Positions 1-10,630 of a DNA stretch of 38,015 nt are shown here, one piece after another (within the stretch, counting starts at the first letter, position 1; the number at the start of each line of letters is the position of its first letter). The translations under genes and the position numbers were made by a program. The DNA comes from a virus (taxonomy: Duplodnaviria > Heunggongvirae > Uroviricota > Caudoviricetes > Crassvirales), in the IMG/VR virus record IMGVR_UViG_3300027741_000036, positions 64,001 to 102,015 of that record, one strand, 5' to 3'. The notes below the pieces were generated by a model that did not search any database, was not told where the DNA came from, and worked only from the letters and a program-made list of their open reading frames with translations.

Positions 1-1
1 T

Positions 2-1666
2 GTGTATTTCATGAATCAACCAATCATTCGTGACTATTTACGTTCATTGGAAAACTCTGGATATTCTTGGTTGTTCATTGATTCTTACGTAGATAGTTTG
101 TGTGATAGCTACAAGTATAAAGTGGGTGATGATGTTGTAAGAAGTATATCATCTCTTCCTACAGAAGAACGTCTTAAAGGGTTTCTTGGTCAACAAGATT
201 TTAATCTTAGAGAAAAAGCTGAACAACAATTTATTTTAAGAGAGTTTTTAAAATATGCTAAGTTAGCCGAACACATGTTCCATGTAACACAGGGATCTAA
301 CTTTGATACAGCTAATTTCAACGATCCATATCTTGTATATAAAAAGGAACAACAATTAATCAAAGCTCAAGAGACTATCATATCTTCAGTGGATGATCTT
401 TTAGAAAACTCATTCTTAACTACACTTAGATATAACATAAGTAAGTTTAGAGATGCGCTTGCTGAAATTCTTACATCTGATAAGTCTAGAGTGAGAAACA
501 TTGTTCAAAGCGTATTATATAATTATATAAACACTTCAGATAGAGAGTTTGTTAAGATTGCTCAAAAAGTTGTAACAGATCTTTTTGATTGGGTGGTACA
601 GTCAGATGTAACTACTAATTCAAAAGAAAGACTTAATGCTTATATAGAAAAAGCATTATTAGCTGATGATAACTACGTAAGACAAATTAATGACTTTATT
701 GAAACTGTAAAGAACAACCCTAAACATCCTTTACGTAATAATCAAATTGTTAAAATATTAGAACCTGTTCTTTCAGATAGAGTGAATGGTGTAGATAATT
801 TAAAAATTAAAGGTAGGGATAACAAAGTGTATGATCAAAACATGGTGATATATGGATTTAAAGAACTGCAAGATTATTTAAAAGCTGACAAAGAAGGGTT
901 GTATAATAAACTAGTTACAGTGGCAGTGTTACAATCTGGTCTTTCAACTTCTCCAATATCATTTACTTCGTTATTGCCATATGAAGATTTTAAAAAGATT
1001 TATAATGAAGTTTTGTCTAAGTTAGAAACTATTCCTAACTTAGAGGACTTTTACAAATTGAATGTGTTCGAAAGGAATAACTGGAATAATGATGACATTA
1101 TTCCTCACATGAGAGCTAAGTTGTTCTATTCTGAAAACACTCAAGAATGGTATTATAATACAAACATGAATTTCTTACCAGCAGATGTTAGACGTGCAAT
1201 TAATAAAAAAGTAATTCCTCAAGTGATGACTCTATCATCTCTTAGCAGAGAAGGTGCTTCAGATATAATTGTTTACACTTGGGAGAATGAAGCTTATACA
1301 ATTAATGAAAGAAAAGAAATGCGTAAGAGGGGTGATTTTTCTTTTATTAATAAAGGATTGTTTAAGAAAGTGAGAGATCAGTTTGGAGAAGCATTAGTGC
1401 AAACTAGTACATCACGTTCAGGAACGATGTATGTAAACTATGTATATCAAGCTATTAATGCTTGGGGTGATTCCTTTAGAGCAAATGAATTCTATTCTAC
1501 AGCTAGACAGTCTAAAATAGATAATGGATTCATTAAGGTGAAAGAAGTTTCTCCTTTAGATGTGATTTCATATTTTGTAGATAAGGGTGGTAAAGTTGAT
1601 ACAGAGAATGAAACCAATGTTAATAGAAAATCAGAAGATGATAAAGATCCATTTAAATGTTCATAA
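2..1666 (+). CDS. C-terminal part of a large virion protein (5' truncated by window; possibly virion RNA polymerase/cargo protein)
   Basis: Open from the window edge, 554 aa, helical, directly upstream of the 2646-aa gene. No catalytic motif is visible in this segment, so the product is inferred from context only. Confidence 0.5.
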   Translation: MYFMNQPIIRDYLRSLENSGYSWLFIDSYVDSLCDSYKYKVGDDVVRSISSLPTEERLKGFLGQQDFNLREKAEQQFILREFLKYAKLAEHMFHVTQGSNFDTANFNDPYLVYKKEQQLIKAQETIISSVDDLLENSFLTTLRYNISKFRDALAEILTSDKSRVRNIVQSVLYNYINTSDREFVKIAQKVVTDLFDWVVQSDVTTNSKERLNAYIEKALLADDNYVRQINDFIETVKNNPKHPLRNNQIVKILEPVLSDRVNGVDNLKIKGRDNKVYDQNMVIYGFKELQDYLKADKEGLYNKLVTVAVLQSGLSTSPISFTSLLPYEDFKKIYNEVLSKLETIPNLEDFYKLNVFERNNWNNDDIIPHMRAKLFYSENTQEWYYNTNMNFLPADVRRAINKKVIPQVMTLSSLSREGASDIIVYTWENEAYTINERKEMRKRGDFSFINKGLFKKVRDQFGEALVQTSTSRSGTMYVNYVYQAINAWGDSFRANEFYSTARQSKIDNGFIKVKEVSPLDVISYFVDKGGKVDTENETNVNRKSEDDKDPFKCS

Positions 1667-1678
1667 AACTAATAATTA

Positions 1679-4600
1679 ATGAAAACTTGTGATATAAGAC
1701 TGAATACAATTGCTGACATGCAAAAAAGAGGTGCTATCAATGAAGCCTTGACAATTGTAGACAGACCTTTGTTTAATCAACTTAATAATAAATATTCCGA
1801 TTTAGCTAGAGCTAAGTATAATGTAAACAACCAAGGAAGTTTATTTAGTGAACAGATGAAAGAGATTCCTCGTTTGGGGAATACTCCTTATAATAGAGAG
1901 GATACAAAGACTGTTAATAAAGCAGTGTTGAATCAGGAAATGTTCACTGAGTTACAAACTAAATATGATCTTCGTCAACAAGGTGATGGTATATTCTATC
2001 AAGTGAAAGATGAATCAAAAACTCATCAAAATGTTCCTCCTGATGGAAACTTTATGAACTTGCTTACAAACTTCTTTAACAAGAATGGTTTTAAGCTAAG
2101 TATGGATGTTCTTAAAGACTATCGTGAATTCTTTGATTTTAAATCAGGAATAGATCTTATTCAAAAGGAAGTCTTTTTACCAGATGAAAACTTTGTTCCT
2201 ACAAAAGAGGCAGCTGTTCTTGGTGTTACGTTATTAAAAAAGACAAAAGAGTTTTTTGAGCTTTCCAATCACATCAAAGCATGGGATCAATATGCTGATA
2301 AGAAAAGATTCTATATACAGGAAATAAAGAATAAAGGTAAAATTTTTGGAAACGATGCTGTAGAGATTGCAGAGATGTATGTAATGTATGACTTTGTAGA
2401 GAATTACATTGTTCCTAATTACGATAAGCTTTTACAGGCAGACAAAACATATAGAAAAGAAAGTGATATAGTAAAAAAGCTTAAAGAAGTTTCCTTTATA
2501 GAAAAAGCATTCAACTACTTCAATAAATTAATGAAGAAGCTTTTTGTATTAAAGCCTTCTTTTCAACAGGCTGAAGATTCAGCTAAAAAAATAGCAGCTG
2601 AAATATTAAACAACTCTATCAATTTTGAAATAAACAAAGACTACGTTCTTAAGAATACAATAAAGCTATCAGAAGCAGACAATGATATTAAGATTGAAAT
2701 GGAGAATAAAGGATTTATTCTTACAGGTTCTGCTATGCTTAGAATGTTAGGAGATCTTTATCGTGCAGCAGATGAGGTGATAAATGATCTTGATTTCATT
2801 ATGTCCTATCAGGAGTTTAAAAAGCTTGATCTTGATCTTGCAAAGATGACTGATAAGGAACTTTCACAGGTTCCTGAGGAGCAGTATATTAAAAAGCTCA
2901 GTGATGCAATATCAGAAAAACTTGGTAAAGAATACATTCTTGAAAAAGCATTTGTTGGAAATGAGCATAGAGGAAATAAATCTGTCACTCTCACTTATAA
3001 AAAAGGAACCACTACAGTGGATGTGTTTGTAAGAACAAATTCTTCTTACGCAAAAGAGTTTGAGAACAACGAAAAGATTATTACAGATATGCTTACAAAT
3101 AAGCTATTGATGGCTAAGGGTAAGCACATTACAGATTATTTATATTTCAAACCAAAAACAGAACTTCAACTTGCTAGAAGAAGTCCTTCTGTACAAATCC
3201 TAAGTAGACTTTCTCTCAATGAAAACTTTGAGATGAAGAAGAGAAAGCTTTCAGAATTCTTTGAACTTACAGATAAGTTTAAAGAGTTTGAAAATGATGA
3301 TTGGTATGATGTTTCTGGAAATGAGTTTTTTGAAAAACGTAATGAAGAACTACTTAAAAAAATATATACTAAACTAGGAAAAGAAAATGGTGATTACATG
3401 TATTCACTTATTCAAAATGAATTAGAGGTTGCTAGAAGATTTGCAAAGGAAGGAGAAAAAAACCTCAAGGTAAATCTTGGTAGAGTGATAAGAACAATGA
3501 TACCTGCTGCTTTGAAGAACGGTATTGTTGCAGATATAAACTTTGTAGATGAGAAGGTTGATAAAGGATTAGATGACTATTTAACTAATTGGGCTAAGAA
3601 ATATAACATTGACATCAAGAATATAAAAGATTTTGCCGATGCTCAAACAATATCCTTATCTGGAGCAGTTGATGTGATAAACAAAATCATCTATTTAGCA
3701 AATAGTGAAGATAGGAATGTTACCACTATGGCTGAAGAAGTGGCTACAATGATGGTTTTTATGATGGGAACTGAACACAAAGAAGTAAGTAGTGCACTTA
3801 AACAAATTAAGAACTATCCTAAATACGATGAGGAATATTTAAAATACTCAAAGCTAGATAGATATAAAGAGAAGAACGATAGTGGTGTAATGATTCCTAA
3901 TGTAAAGAAGATTAATATAGAGATTCTTACAAAGGCTATAGCAGAAAGAGTTGTTATTAAATATAAAGCAAGAACGTCTGAAAATCCTTTCTGGAAAGAA
4001 ATTGATAATATAATAAATTGGTTTGTTAAAATATTCAAAGGAAAAAGAGGTTTAAACTTAGATATTATATTAGACAATATTGCTGAAGATATTCTATCAG
4101 AAGATTCAAAGCTGCTACAATCTCTTCCTGAGAACTATGAACTTAAATCATATGAACAAACTTTAGAAGACAATCCTCAACTTGTTAAACTTCTAGATGC
4201 ACTGGTACCTATAGGGTTTATTCCTACAGGTAGTCTTTCTTATAGAAATCAGCTTGATACGTATAGAGGAAAAGGAGAAAAAATACACGATCTTGATCTT
4301 GTTTCAAATGAATATAAAACCATGGAAGAAGCTCTTGCTGCTGTTGAAAAAGCTCTTCCTGGTTTCTGGATTCCAAATTTTATAAATAGTAGAACTAAGG
4401 AAGATGGTAAGAAAATGTGGGAAGAACCAGGAAAGTTTGTAGCTACAGGATATTATGGAGGAGAGCTTATAGGAAAGATTGGTGTAGATTATGAAATAGC
4501 AATGACTTCTGATGGAAAAGAGATGCCTCATACAGTGATAAACATTGCTACTCAGGAATTAGTTAAAGAAACAGGTAGAGATGATGAAGGTAATGTATAT

Positions 4601-7600
4601 GGAGAAGGTACGTTAATAGACTTATTTATTGAAAAAAATAGAGATAGTAATTTTGTTATTGATGATAAAGGACTTGCACATTACGTACATAGCTATGATG
4701 AGAAGTTAAGATATGGTAGACCTAAAGATTCGTTAGATCTTATTTATGCTAAGAACAGAAGGAATGTAGATTTATTAGATAATAAATATATATTCTATCA
4801 AGTTGCTGGTGAAGAAACAGAAGAACAACCTAAAATAGAAGAACAACAGTCTTTCCAATTAGAAGATATGCCTATGTCTGAAGCTTCTGCTTCTACAATA
4901 GAGAAGATCAAAGAGGCTTGTAAGAAAATGGGGATTAAGATTGAAACTCTTGTTGAATATGCTAAGAAGACTGGGCTTGATACAAGAACAGTTAATGGTG
5001 TTGCAGATCTTGTTAGAGGGATTGTTGCAATAGCTGAAGGTAGAGAAGGTGTTGCTCTTACAGAGGAAATGGTCCATTTAGCTACAGCTATATTGGAACA
5101 AACAAATCCTAAGATGGTGACAGAGATGATTGCTAAGATTGACAGGTTTAAAATATATAAGCAAACCTTAGAAGCTTATAAAAACAATAAAGCATATCAA
5201 CTTCCTAATGGGAAACCAGACATTCGTAAAATAAAGAAAGAGGCTGTAGATAAACTTATAGCTGAACTTATTATTAATCAAAGTGAAGGATCTACAGAGT
5301 TTCCTGAACTTAGAGAAGAATTAAACAGGTCATTAATAAGAAGACTTTGGGATGAGGCTCTTGATAGAATTAGAGGTATGTATAAATCTTCTAATGTAAA
5401 CATCTTTGAAACTGCTGCTAGACAAATTGGTGAAGGACAAGTGGGTGGTACAGTGAATGATATTGTAGCAGATGGTGTGTTCTTCCAATTGACAGATGCT
5501 CAAAAGGAAATACAAACAAAACTACTGACTACAAAAAATGCAATAGATAAGGTTTTAGGAGATCCTGATAAGGCAGATCCTTTACTACTTGATTCTGAAG
5601 AAGCTAATAACTTCTATGAGATGACTAATGCAGATGGTACAAAACTAACTATTGTAAAAAGGGTTACAGATAGAGTGAAGGCTTGGTATAAGGAAAGATT
5701 TGGTAATAAGACATTCACTCCTCAAGAGCAAGCATTTAATGAGCTTAAAAGAAAGTTTGGTGTTCAAGGGCATGCTGATCTTGAAGAAATACATGGTAGA
5801 TATTATAATAGTGATGGCACAAAGAGAGACAAACCTGGACCACGTCCTAAAAAGTTCAATCTTCCTAATGAAGAAATGTACAAAAGACTTGAAGACTATT
5901 ACAAAGATCTTATAAAAATGTTCCCTAAAGACACTCTTATAATGTCCGAGGTGATTATATATGATCAAAAAGAAAAAGAAGCTGGTACACTGGATTTTTT
6001 AGCAATAGAACCATCTGGTAAAGCACATATTCTCGATTGGAAGTTTATGCATATAAAAGGAGACGATGTTGCTTGGTTTAAACAAGGAGCATTCAATGTA
6101 CAGCTTGGACGATATAAACAAATGCTTAAGGACAACTATGGTATAAAAGAATTTGGAATGACAAGAGCTATTCCTATTTCTATGGAATTCAAACCGAAGA
6201 ACAGATTTGATATATCATTAGGATTTAATCTAAGTGGAATAGCAATAGGTTCTGCAAAAGCTTCTGATATAGAAGAGCTTTATCTAGTTCCAATTTCTGA
6301 GGAAACAGAATCAACAGGAGAAAAAGATCTTGATAAGTTGATTGTTAAATTGAACGCTCTTTTAAGACAGATTGAAAAAGAACAAGTTACTGAAAATGAA
6401 AGAGAGTTTAAAATAGAAAGACTTAATACGTTAAGACAAACAATAAGAGTTGTTCAAGCTACAGGAAACATCTATCCTCTTATAGACACTATAGAAGTGA
6501 TGAGAAGAGAAGGTGATAGACTGGTTAATGATTATGAAATTACGTATAAGAACAGGCCTGCATCATCTAAAGATTCTAATGATAAAGATCTTTCTGATTT
6601 TTCAGATGATATGAATAATTTCATAGCTGTTTCTGATCTTTTTGCAAATATTGGTAGAGAAATTGGCCATATTGTTTACACTGAGAAGATGAAAACAGAA
6701 GCAAAAACCAAAAAGCAAAAAGAAGAACTTGAAGATAGAGAGGACACGTTTAAAAAATTAAATGAAGAAAGTGATGCAATCTATCGTAAAAGAGATGAGA
6801 TTAAAGAAATTTCATTAGCGTTTGCAGATAAACATATTGGTCAGAGAAATCTTGTTACAGGACTTACAAGAGCAGAAGCTGTTGTAAAAGGACTTAGTTC
6901 TTTATTTAGAGGAGTGAGTGAGCTTCCATTAGCATCTTTAAACCTTCTATATAAAGTGACAAGACTTGCTCAAGGTAAAGCTTCTCAAGATGCATTAGTT
7001 GAAGTGAAAGAACTGATGGCCATTCGTGAATCTATAATGAACAAAGGTGTAGACGTTAGAAACTTTATACAAAAAATTTATCAAAAAGATGATAAGGGAG
7101 GCCTTGTAAACAAGTTGATATATAAATATAAAGATGAGTTTCGTAAAACTGTAGATGAAAAGTTTGCACTAGGTGGTGATAGAAAATGGCTTCTTGCTAA
7201 TATAGATATAGAAGGATATAAAAAAGAAGCACTTCCTGTTATTACAAACAGGGTGAATCAGATTAAGAAACAATCTTTCCCAGGAACTGAGGCTCAGGTT
7301 AAGGCTAAGAAGAAACAACTTATTGAAGAAGTACTTTTAAAATACGATATAACAAGAGCGGATTTCACTGGTGGAGATAACTATATTATTAAAAGACATC
7401 CACTTCCTATATGGTATTCAGATGAATACAAAGTTGTAGAAAGTGATCCTGATTTACTAAAGCTTTATAATTTTGTTACAACGTTTAATGAGAAAGCAAA
7501 GGATGTTGGATATATCAACAACAATGTAATGAAGACGTTTCTTCCATTTGTTAGAAAAACAATGGCTGAACAAGTTGCATTCAACAACATTCTTTCTGTA

Positions 7601-9619
7601 ATGGACAATTTTGGAAACAGTCTTCAGATAAAAGTGGAGGATGCAGGATATGGAAAGATAAATGAAATAACAGGAGAAGTTGAAAATTCTATTCCTAAAT
7701 ATTACACACATGATTTCTCTAGGACAGAAACTGGTGTGAATGATTACTCTGATGTAAGTGAAGATCTTTTCAAAAACTTAATCCTTTACATACAACAAGT
7801 TAATAAATATAAGTATATGACTGAAGTTGAAGGTCAGCTTAAACTTATAAAAACTGTTGAGGAGTTTAAAGGGCATCATCTTCAAACAAACAAGAGTGGT
7901 GATGTTGTTATGGATAGTAACAACCAACCAAAACAAGTTAAAGGTAATGAAGAGAATACAAGAATGTATGATGATTTTCTTAGAGTGCTTTTATACGATC
8001 AAAAATATGTTCTTTCAGATGCAGACACTCCTTTAAAGATAGGAAAAGTAATAAACTTTATCAAGAGTGCTGTTAATAAAGTGGCAGGAAGAGAAGTTTG
8101 GAAAGAAAATGAAAATGCAAGTCCTACATCATTAATAAAAACAATGGATGCTGCCAATAGAGGGTTCCAAATAAAAACACTTGGTCTTGAGATTATTCCA
8201 GGATTGGTAAACTTATTTGGTGGACAGGCTCAGATGAGTGCTCAAGCTGGTAATTATTTCAAATATAGAGAATTCTTAAAGAATGAAAGAGTTATTCTCT
8301 CTCAGGAGTTTAAAAATGATGAAGACAAAGAAATCTTTATTCAAATGATGGATGTGTTTATGCCAATGAAAGATGATCCTGCATATGAGGAATATAAAAA
8401 AGCAGGTATTTCAAAGCTCACAAATGCAAATCTTGGTGATATGTTGATGGTAACAATGCGTTATCCTGAACAGATTATGGAAAAAGCTACATTCCTTACA
8501 CTATTAGAAAACTCAATGGTGGTTGATGGTAAAATTGTAAACATTAGAGAATACGTTAGAGCAAAGTATAAAGGAAGAAGTAGTTCATCTAGTGCATATA
8601 ATAGTGCAAAAGAAAAAATAGAACAAGAAGTAGAAAATTTAAAAAACACTAAGTCTATAGCTAAAACAAGAAAACTTGAAAATGGTAAACTTGTTATTCC
8701 AGGACTTGATATTTCAGATAAGACTGAAACTCAACGACTTACAAATCTAACTAGACGTATATCTAGAAATGCTATGGGAGGTGTATCAGATGGTGATATT
8801 AATAGAATGTCAATGTCTGTATGGACTAAGAGTATGATGGTGTTTAAAGGATGGATTCCAAAACTTGCTGATACACGTTTCTCTGAGCTTAGGAAAATTT
8901 CAGATGACTTCTCTGTAGAGATAGGAGATGATGGGATGGCTATTGGAGAGAAGTATGAAATTGGTAGACTTAGACTATTAGGATATGTAATGATGACTTC
9001 ATTTAGAGATAAGGCTTCTAATATTAAAAATATTATGGAGATGAATGATGCAGGGATTGAAGCAATAGATAAACTCTATATAGAATTTGCTGAGAAATAT
9101 AAGAAGAGAACAGGGGAAGAATTTACTATGACCAAGGATGATTTTGCAGATATGGTGAGAACTAATTTAAGAAATCAGCTTAAAGAACTTGCAATATTAG
9201 CATCTCTAATAGGAGCAACTCTTGCAGTGGGCTTTATGGAACCTCCAGAAGATGCAGATAAAGCTACTAAAAACTTTTATAGATATTGTCAAAAAGTGAT
9301 TGATAAATTTGTAAGTGAGATTTCATTCTTCTATAATCCTATTGAGTTTGAAAAGATTCTTAGTGGTAACATGTTCCCAGCAATAGGTCTTGTTACAGAT
9401 ATGACTAAATTCTTTCAACATTTTTGGTTACAGACAACAGGACTAGATTTTGATCCAGAAACGTCATTTGATGATGTTAGAAAAAAAGCTCAGCCAATTA
9501 AATATGCTGCAAAATCTCTACCTGTATTTAAATCTGTAATTACATATTTATCAATGATTAGTTCTGAGTTTGCAAAAGAATTTGACATAACAATTCAGAG
9601 AGAAAGTTCTGTTAGATAA
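1679..9619 (+). CDS. Large polyvalent virion (probable cargo/ejection) protein: 3 zincin-like modules, 2 Pol-beta-family nucleotidyltransferase domains, PD-(D/E)xK nuclease, helical C-terminus
   Basis: GFILTGS..DLD..VDVF (2711-3022); GFIPTGS..DLD..IDLF..RPKDSLD (4214-4740); EEMVH at 5063-5077; AGTLDFL..ILDWK..QLGRY (5981-6115). Confidence 0.75.
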   Translation: MKTCDIRLNTIADMQKRGAINEALTIVDRPLFNQLNNKYSDLARAKYNVNNQGSLFSEQMKEIPRLGNTPYNREDTKTVNKAVLNQEMFTELQTKYDLRQQGDGIFYQVKDESKTHQNVPPDGNFMNLLTNFFNKNGFKLSMDVLKDYREFFDFKSGIDLIQKEVFLPDENFVPTKEAAVLGVTLLKKTKEFFELSNHIKAWDQYADKKRFYIQEIKNKGKIFGNDAVEIAEMYVMYDFVENYIVPNYDKLLQADKTYRKESDIVKKLKEVSFIEKAFNYFNKLMKKLFVLKPSFQQAEDSAKKIAAEILNNSINFEINKDYVLKNTIKLSEADNDIKIEMENKGFILTGSAMLRMLGDLYRAADEVINDLDFIMSYQEFKKLDLDLAKMTDKELSQVPEEQYIKKLSDAISEKLGKEYILEKAFVGNEHRGNKSVTLTYKKGTTTVDVFVRTNSSYAKEFENNEKIITDMLTNKLLMAKGKHITDYLYFKPKTELQLARRSPSVQILSRLSLNENFEMKKRKLSEFFELTDKFKEFENDDWYDVSGNEFFEKRNEELLKKIYTKLGKENGDYMYSLIQNELEVARRFAKEGEKNLKVNLGRVIRTMIPAALKNGIVADINFVDEKVDKGLDDYLTNWAKKYNIDIKNIKDFADAQTISLSGAVDVINKIIYLANSEDRNVTTMAEEVATMMVFMMGTEHKEVSSALKQIKNYPKYDEEYLKYSKLDRYKEKNDSGVMIPNVKKINIEILTKAIAERVVIKYKARTSENPFWKEIDNIINWFVKIFKGKRGLNLDIILDNIAEDILSEDSKLLQSLPENYELKSYEQTLEDNPQLVKLLDALVPIGFIPTGSLSYRNQLDTYRGKGEKIHDLDLVSNEYKTMEEALAAVEKALPGFWIPNFINSRTKEDGKKMWEEPGKFVATGYYGGELIGKIGVDYEIAMTSDGKEMPHTVINIATQELVKETGRDDEGNVYGEGTLIDLFIEKNRDSNFVIDDKGLAHYVHSYDEKLRYGRPKDSLDLIYAKNRRNVDLLDNKYIFYQVAGEETEEQPKIEEQQSFQLEDMPMSEASASTIEKIKEACKKMGIKIETLVEYAKKTGLDTRTVNGVADLVRGIVAIAEGREGVALTEEMVHLATAILEQTNPKMVTEMIAKIDRFKIYKQTLEAYKNNKAYQLPNGKPDIRKIKKEAVDKLIAELIINQSEGSTEFPELREELNRSLIRRLWDEALDRIRGMYKSSNVNIFETAARQIGEGQVGGTVNDIVADGVFFQLTDAQKEIQTKLLTTKNAIDKVLGDPDKADPLLLDSEEANNFYEMTNADGTKLTIVKRVTDRVKAWYKERFGNKTFTPQEQAFNELKRKFGVQGHADLEEIHGRYYNSDGTKRDKPGPRPKKFNLPNEEMYKRLEDYYKDLIKMFPKDTLIMSEVIIYDQKEKEAGTLDFLAIEPSGKAHILDWKFMHIKGDDVAWFKQGAFNVQLGRYKQMLKDNYGIKEFGMTRAIPISMEFKPKNRFDISLGFNLSGIAIGSAKASDIEELYLVPISEETESTGEKDLDKLIVKLNALLRQIEKEQVTENEREFKIERLNTLRQTIRVVQATGNIYPLIDTIEVMRREGDRLVNDYEITYKNRPASSKDSNDKDLSDFSDDMNNFIAVSDLFANIGREIGHIVYTEKMKTEAKTKKQKEELEDREDTFKKLNEESDAIYRKRDEIKEISLAFADKHIGQRNLVTGLTRAEAVVKGLSSLFRGVSELPLASLNLLYKVTRLAQGKASQDALVEVKELMAIRESIMNKGVDVRNFIQKIYQKDDKGGLVNKLIYKYKDEFRKTVDEKFALGGDRKWLLANIDIEGYKKEALPVITNRVNQIKKQSFPGTEAQVKAKKKQLIEEVLLKYDITRADFTGGDNYIIKRHPLPIWYSDEYKVVESDPDLLKLYNFVTTFNEKAKDVGYINNNVMKTFLPFVRKTMAEQVAFNNILSVMDNFGNSLQIKVEDAGYGKINEITGEVENSIPKYYTHDFSRTETGVNDYSDVSEDLFKNLILYIQQVNKYKYMTEVEGQLKLIKTVEEFKGHHLQTNKSGDVVMDSNNQPKQVKGNEENTRMYDDFLRVLLYDQKYVLSDADTPLKIGKVINFIKSAVNKVAGREVWKENENASPTSLIKTMDAANRGFQIKTLGLEIIPGLVNLFGGQAQMSAQAGNYFKYREFLKNERVILSQEFKNDEDKEIFIQMMDVFMPMKDDPAYEEYKKAGISKLTNANLGDMLMVTMRYPEQIMEKATFLTLLENSMVVDGKIVNIREYVRAKYKGRSSSSSAYNSAKEKIEQEVENLKNTKSIAKTRKLENGKLVIPGLDISDKTETQRLTNLTRRISRNAMGGVSDGDINRMSMSVWTKSMMVFKGWIPKLADTRFSELRKISDDFSVEIGDDGMAIGEKYEIGRLRLLGYVMMTSFRDKASNIKNIMEMNDAGIEAIDKLYIEFAEKYKKRTGEEFTMTKDDFADMVRTNLRNQLKELAILASLIGATLAVGFMEPPEDADKATKNFYRYCQKVIDKFVSEISFFYNPIEFEKILSGNMFPAIGLVTDMTKFFQHFWLQTTGLDFDPETSFDDVRKKAQPIKYAAKSLPVFKSVITYLSMISSEFAKEFDITIQRESSVR

Positions 9620-9688
9620 CGCTATATTATATCAAAAATCCCATAAGACTACATTGTAAATACATTAAAAACAACTAATTTTACTATT

Positions 9689-10621
9689 ATGAGAATATCC
9701 CAAATTTGCCCAACCTGTACCACATATGTAAATTCATTATGTGTTATATACAACGGAATCTACCTATCAAACATTAACGCATCTCCATTAGATGCTTTAG
9801 ATAAAATATTAACTAACATCAACAGTTCAGTTGGTGCGGTGAACACTAGTATAACCACACTCAATTCAAGTGTTGTAACAATCAATGGTAATGTTGCTTT
9901 AAAAGAAAGCTCTTCTAATAAATCTACTGATGGTACATTTAATACAGGAGTTCCTTCAGCTACATTATTCCCTACACAAAGTGCTGTTGCAACATATGTT
10001 GCTAATAATGCACCAACTCTTGATCAGGTTTTAATTGCTGGAGATGTTTCCACAACACCACTTACTATTGGAAATACACTAACCACTCCTACAGAATCTT
10101 CTATTATTGATTCAGGAACAATTATCTTAGAGAGCGCAATTGCTGATACAAGTACAACATATCAGTCTACAGGCATTGTGATAGATAGTATAATTAATAC
10201 TGATCAAATGGTGATAAACTTTAATAACAATGATCAAACTATTGATTTTCCTTCTATAAGTGGTACATTAGCATTGACAAGTCAATTGCCTCTATATAAA
10301 AGCTATGTAGCAGTGATAACTCAACAATCAACAACCGCACCAACAGTTGATTATCTACTTCAAAATACTTTAGGAGGAACAGTTTCATTTTCTTATATAA
10401 GTCCTGGAAAATTTGAAGCTACAACAATTTCTCCTTTGTTTACCGATCAAAAAACCGTTGTTCTTGCTACAGTAGGATTTATGGGAACAGAGCCTGTAAT
10501 TATTGGTTGGGAAAGAAATGCTGATAGTATAATTACTATAACTTCAAAAAACGCATCTACAGGAGCTGACGAAAATGGTTTGATTTATAGAGCAACAATA
10601 GAGATTAGAGTTTACCCATAA
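9689..10621 (+). CDS. Virion structural/tail-associated protein
   Basis: 310 aa, Thr/Ser-rich, beta-prone; Cys-containing N-terminus shared with the 10631 ORF. Confidence 0.6.
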   Translation: MRISQICPTCTTYVNSLCVIYNGIYLSNINASPLDALDKILTNINSSVGAVNTSITTLNSSVVTINGNVALKESSSNKSTDGTFNTGVPSATLFPTQSAVATYVANNAPTLDQVLIAGDVSTTPLTIGNTLTTPTESSIIDSGTIILESAIADTSTTYQSTGIVIDSIINTDQMVINFNNNDQTIDFPSISGTLALTSQLPLYKSYVAVITQQSTTAPTVDYLLQNTLGGTVSFSYISPGKFEATTISPLFTDQKTVVLATVGFMGTEPVIIGWERNADSIITITSKNASTGADENGLIYRATIEIRVYP

Positions 10622-10630
10622 TAATACAAT

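Noticed and set aside
2-1666. Calling the first ORF the virion RNA polymerase
   Set aside because: No DxDxD-type catalytic motif is present in the visible part; only position supports it.
2809-8649. Short antisense and alternate-frame ORFs within the 2646-aa gene, and similar ones elsewhere (e.g. 11797-12075, 19841-20107, 21552-21825, 24760-25236, 28623-28955, 34536-34895)
   Set aside because: They are nested in well-supported genes, have the Phe/Ser/Ile/Leu-rich composition of reverse-complement shadows, and show no motifs or initiation context.
9653-9683. Possible promoter ATTG-N19-TAATTTTA before the tail genes
   Set aside because: Mismatches in both elements, AT-rich background, and it would leave almost no leader before ATG 9689.
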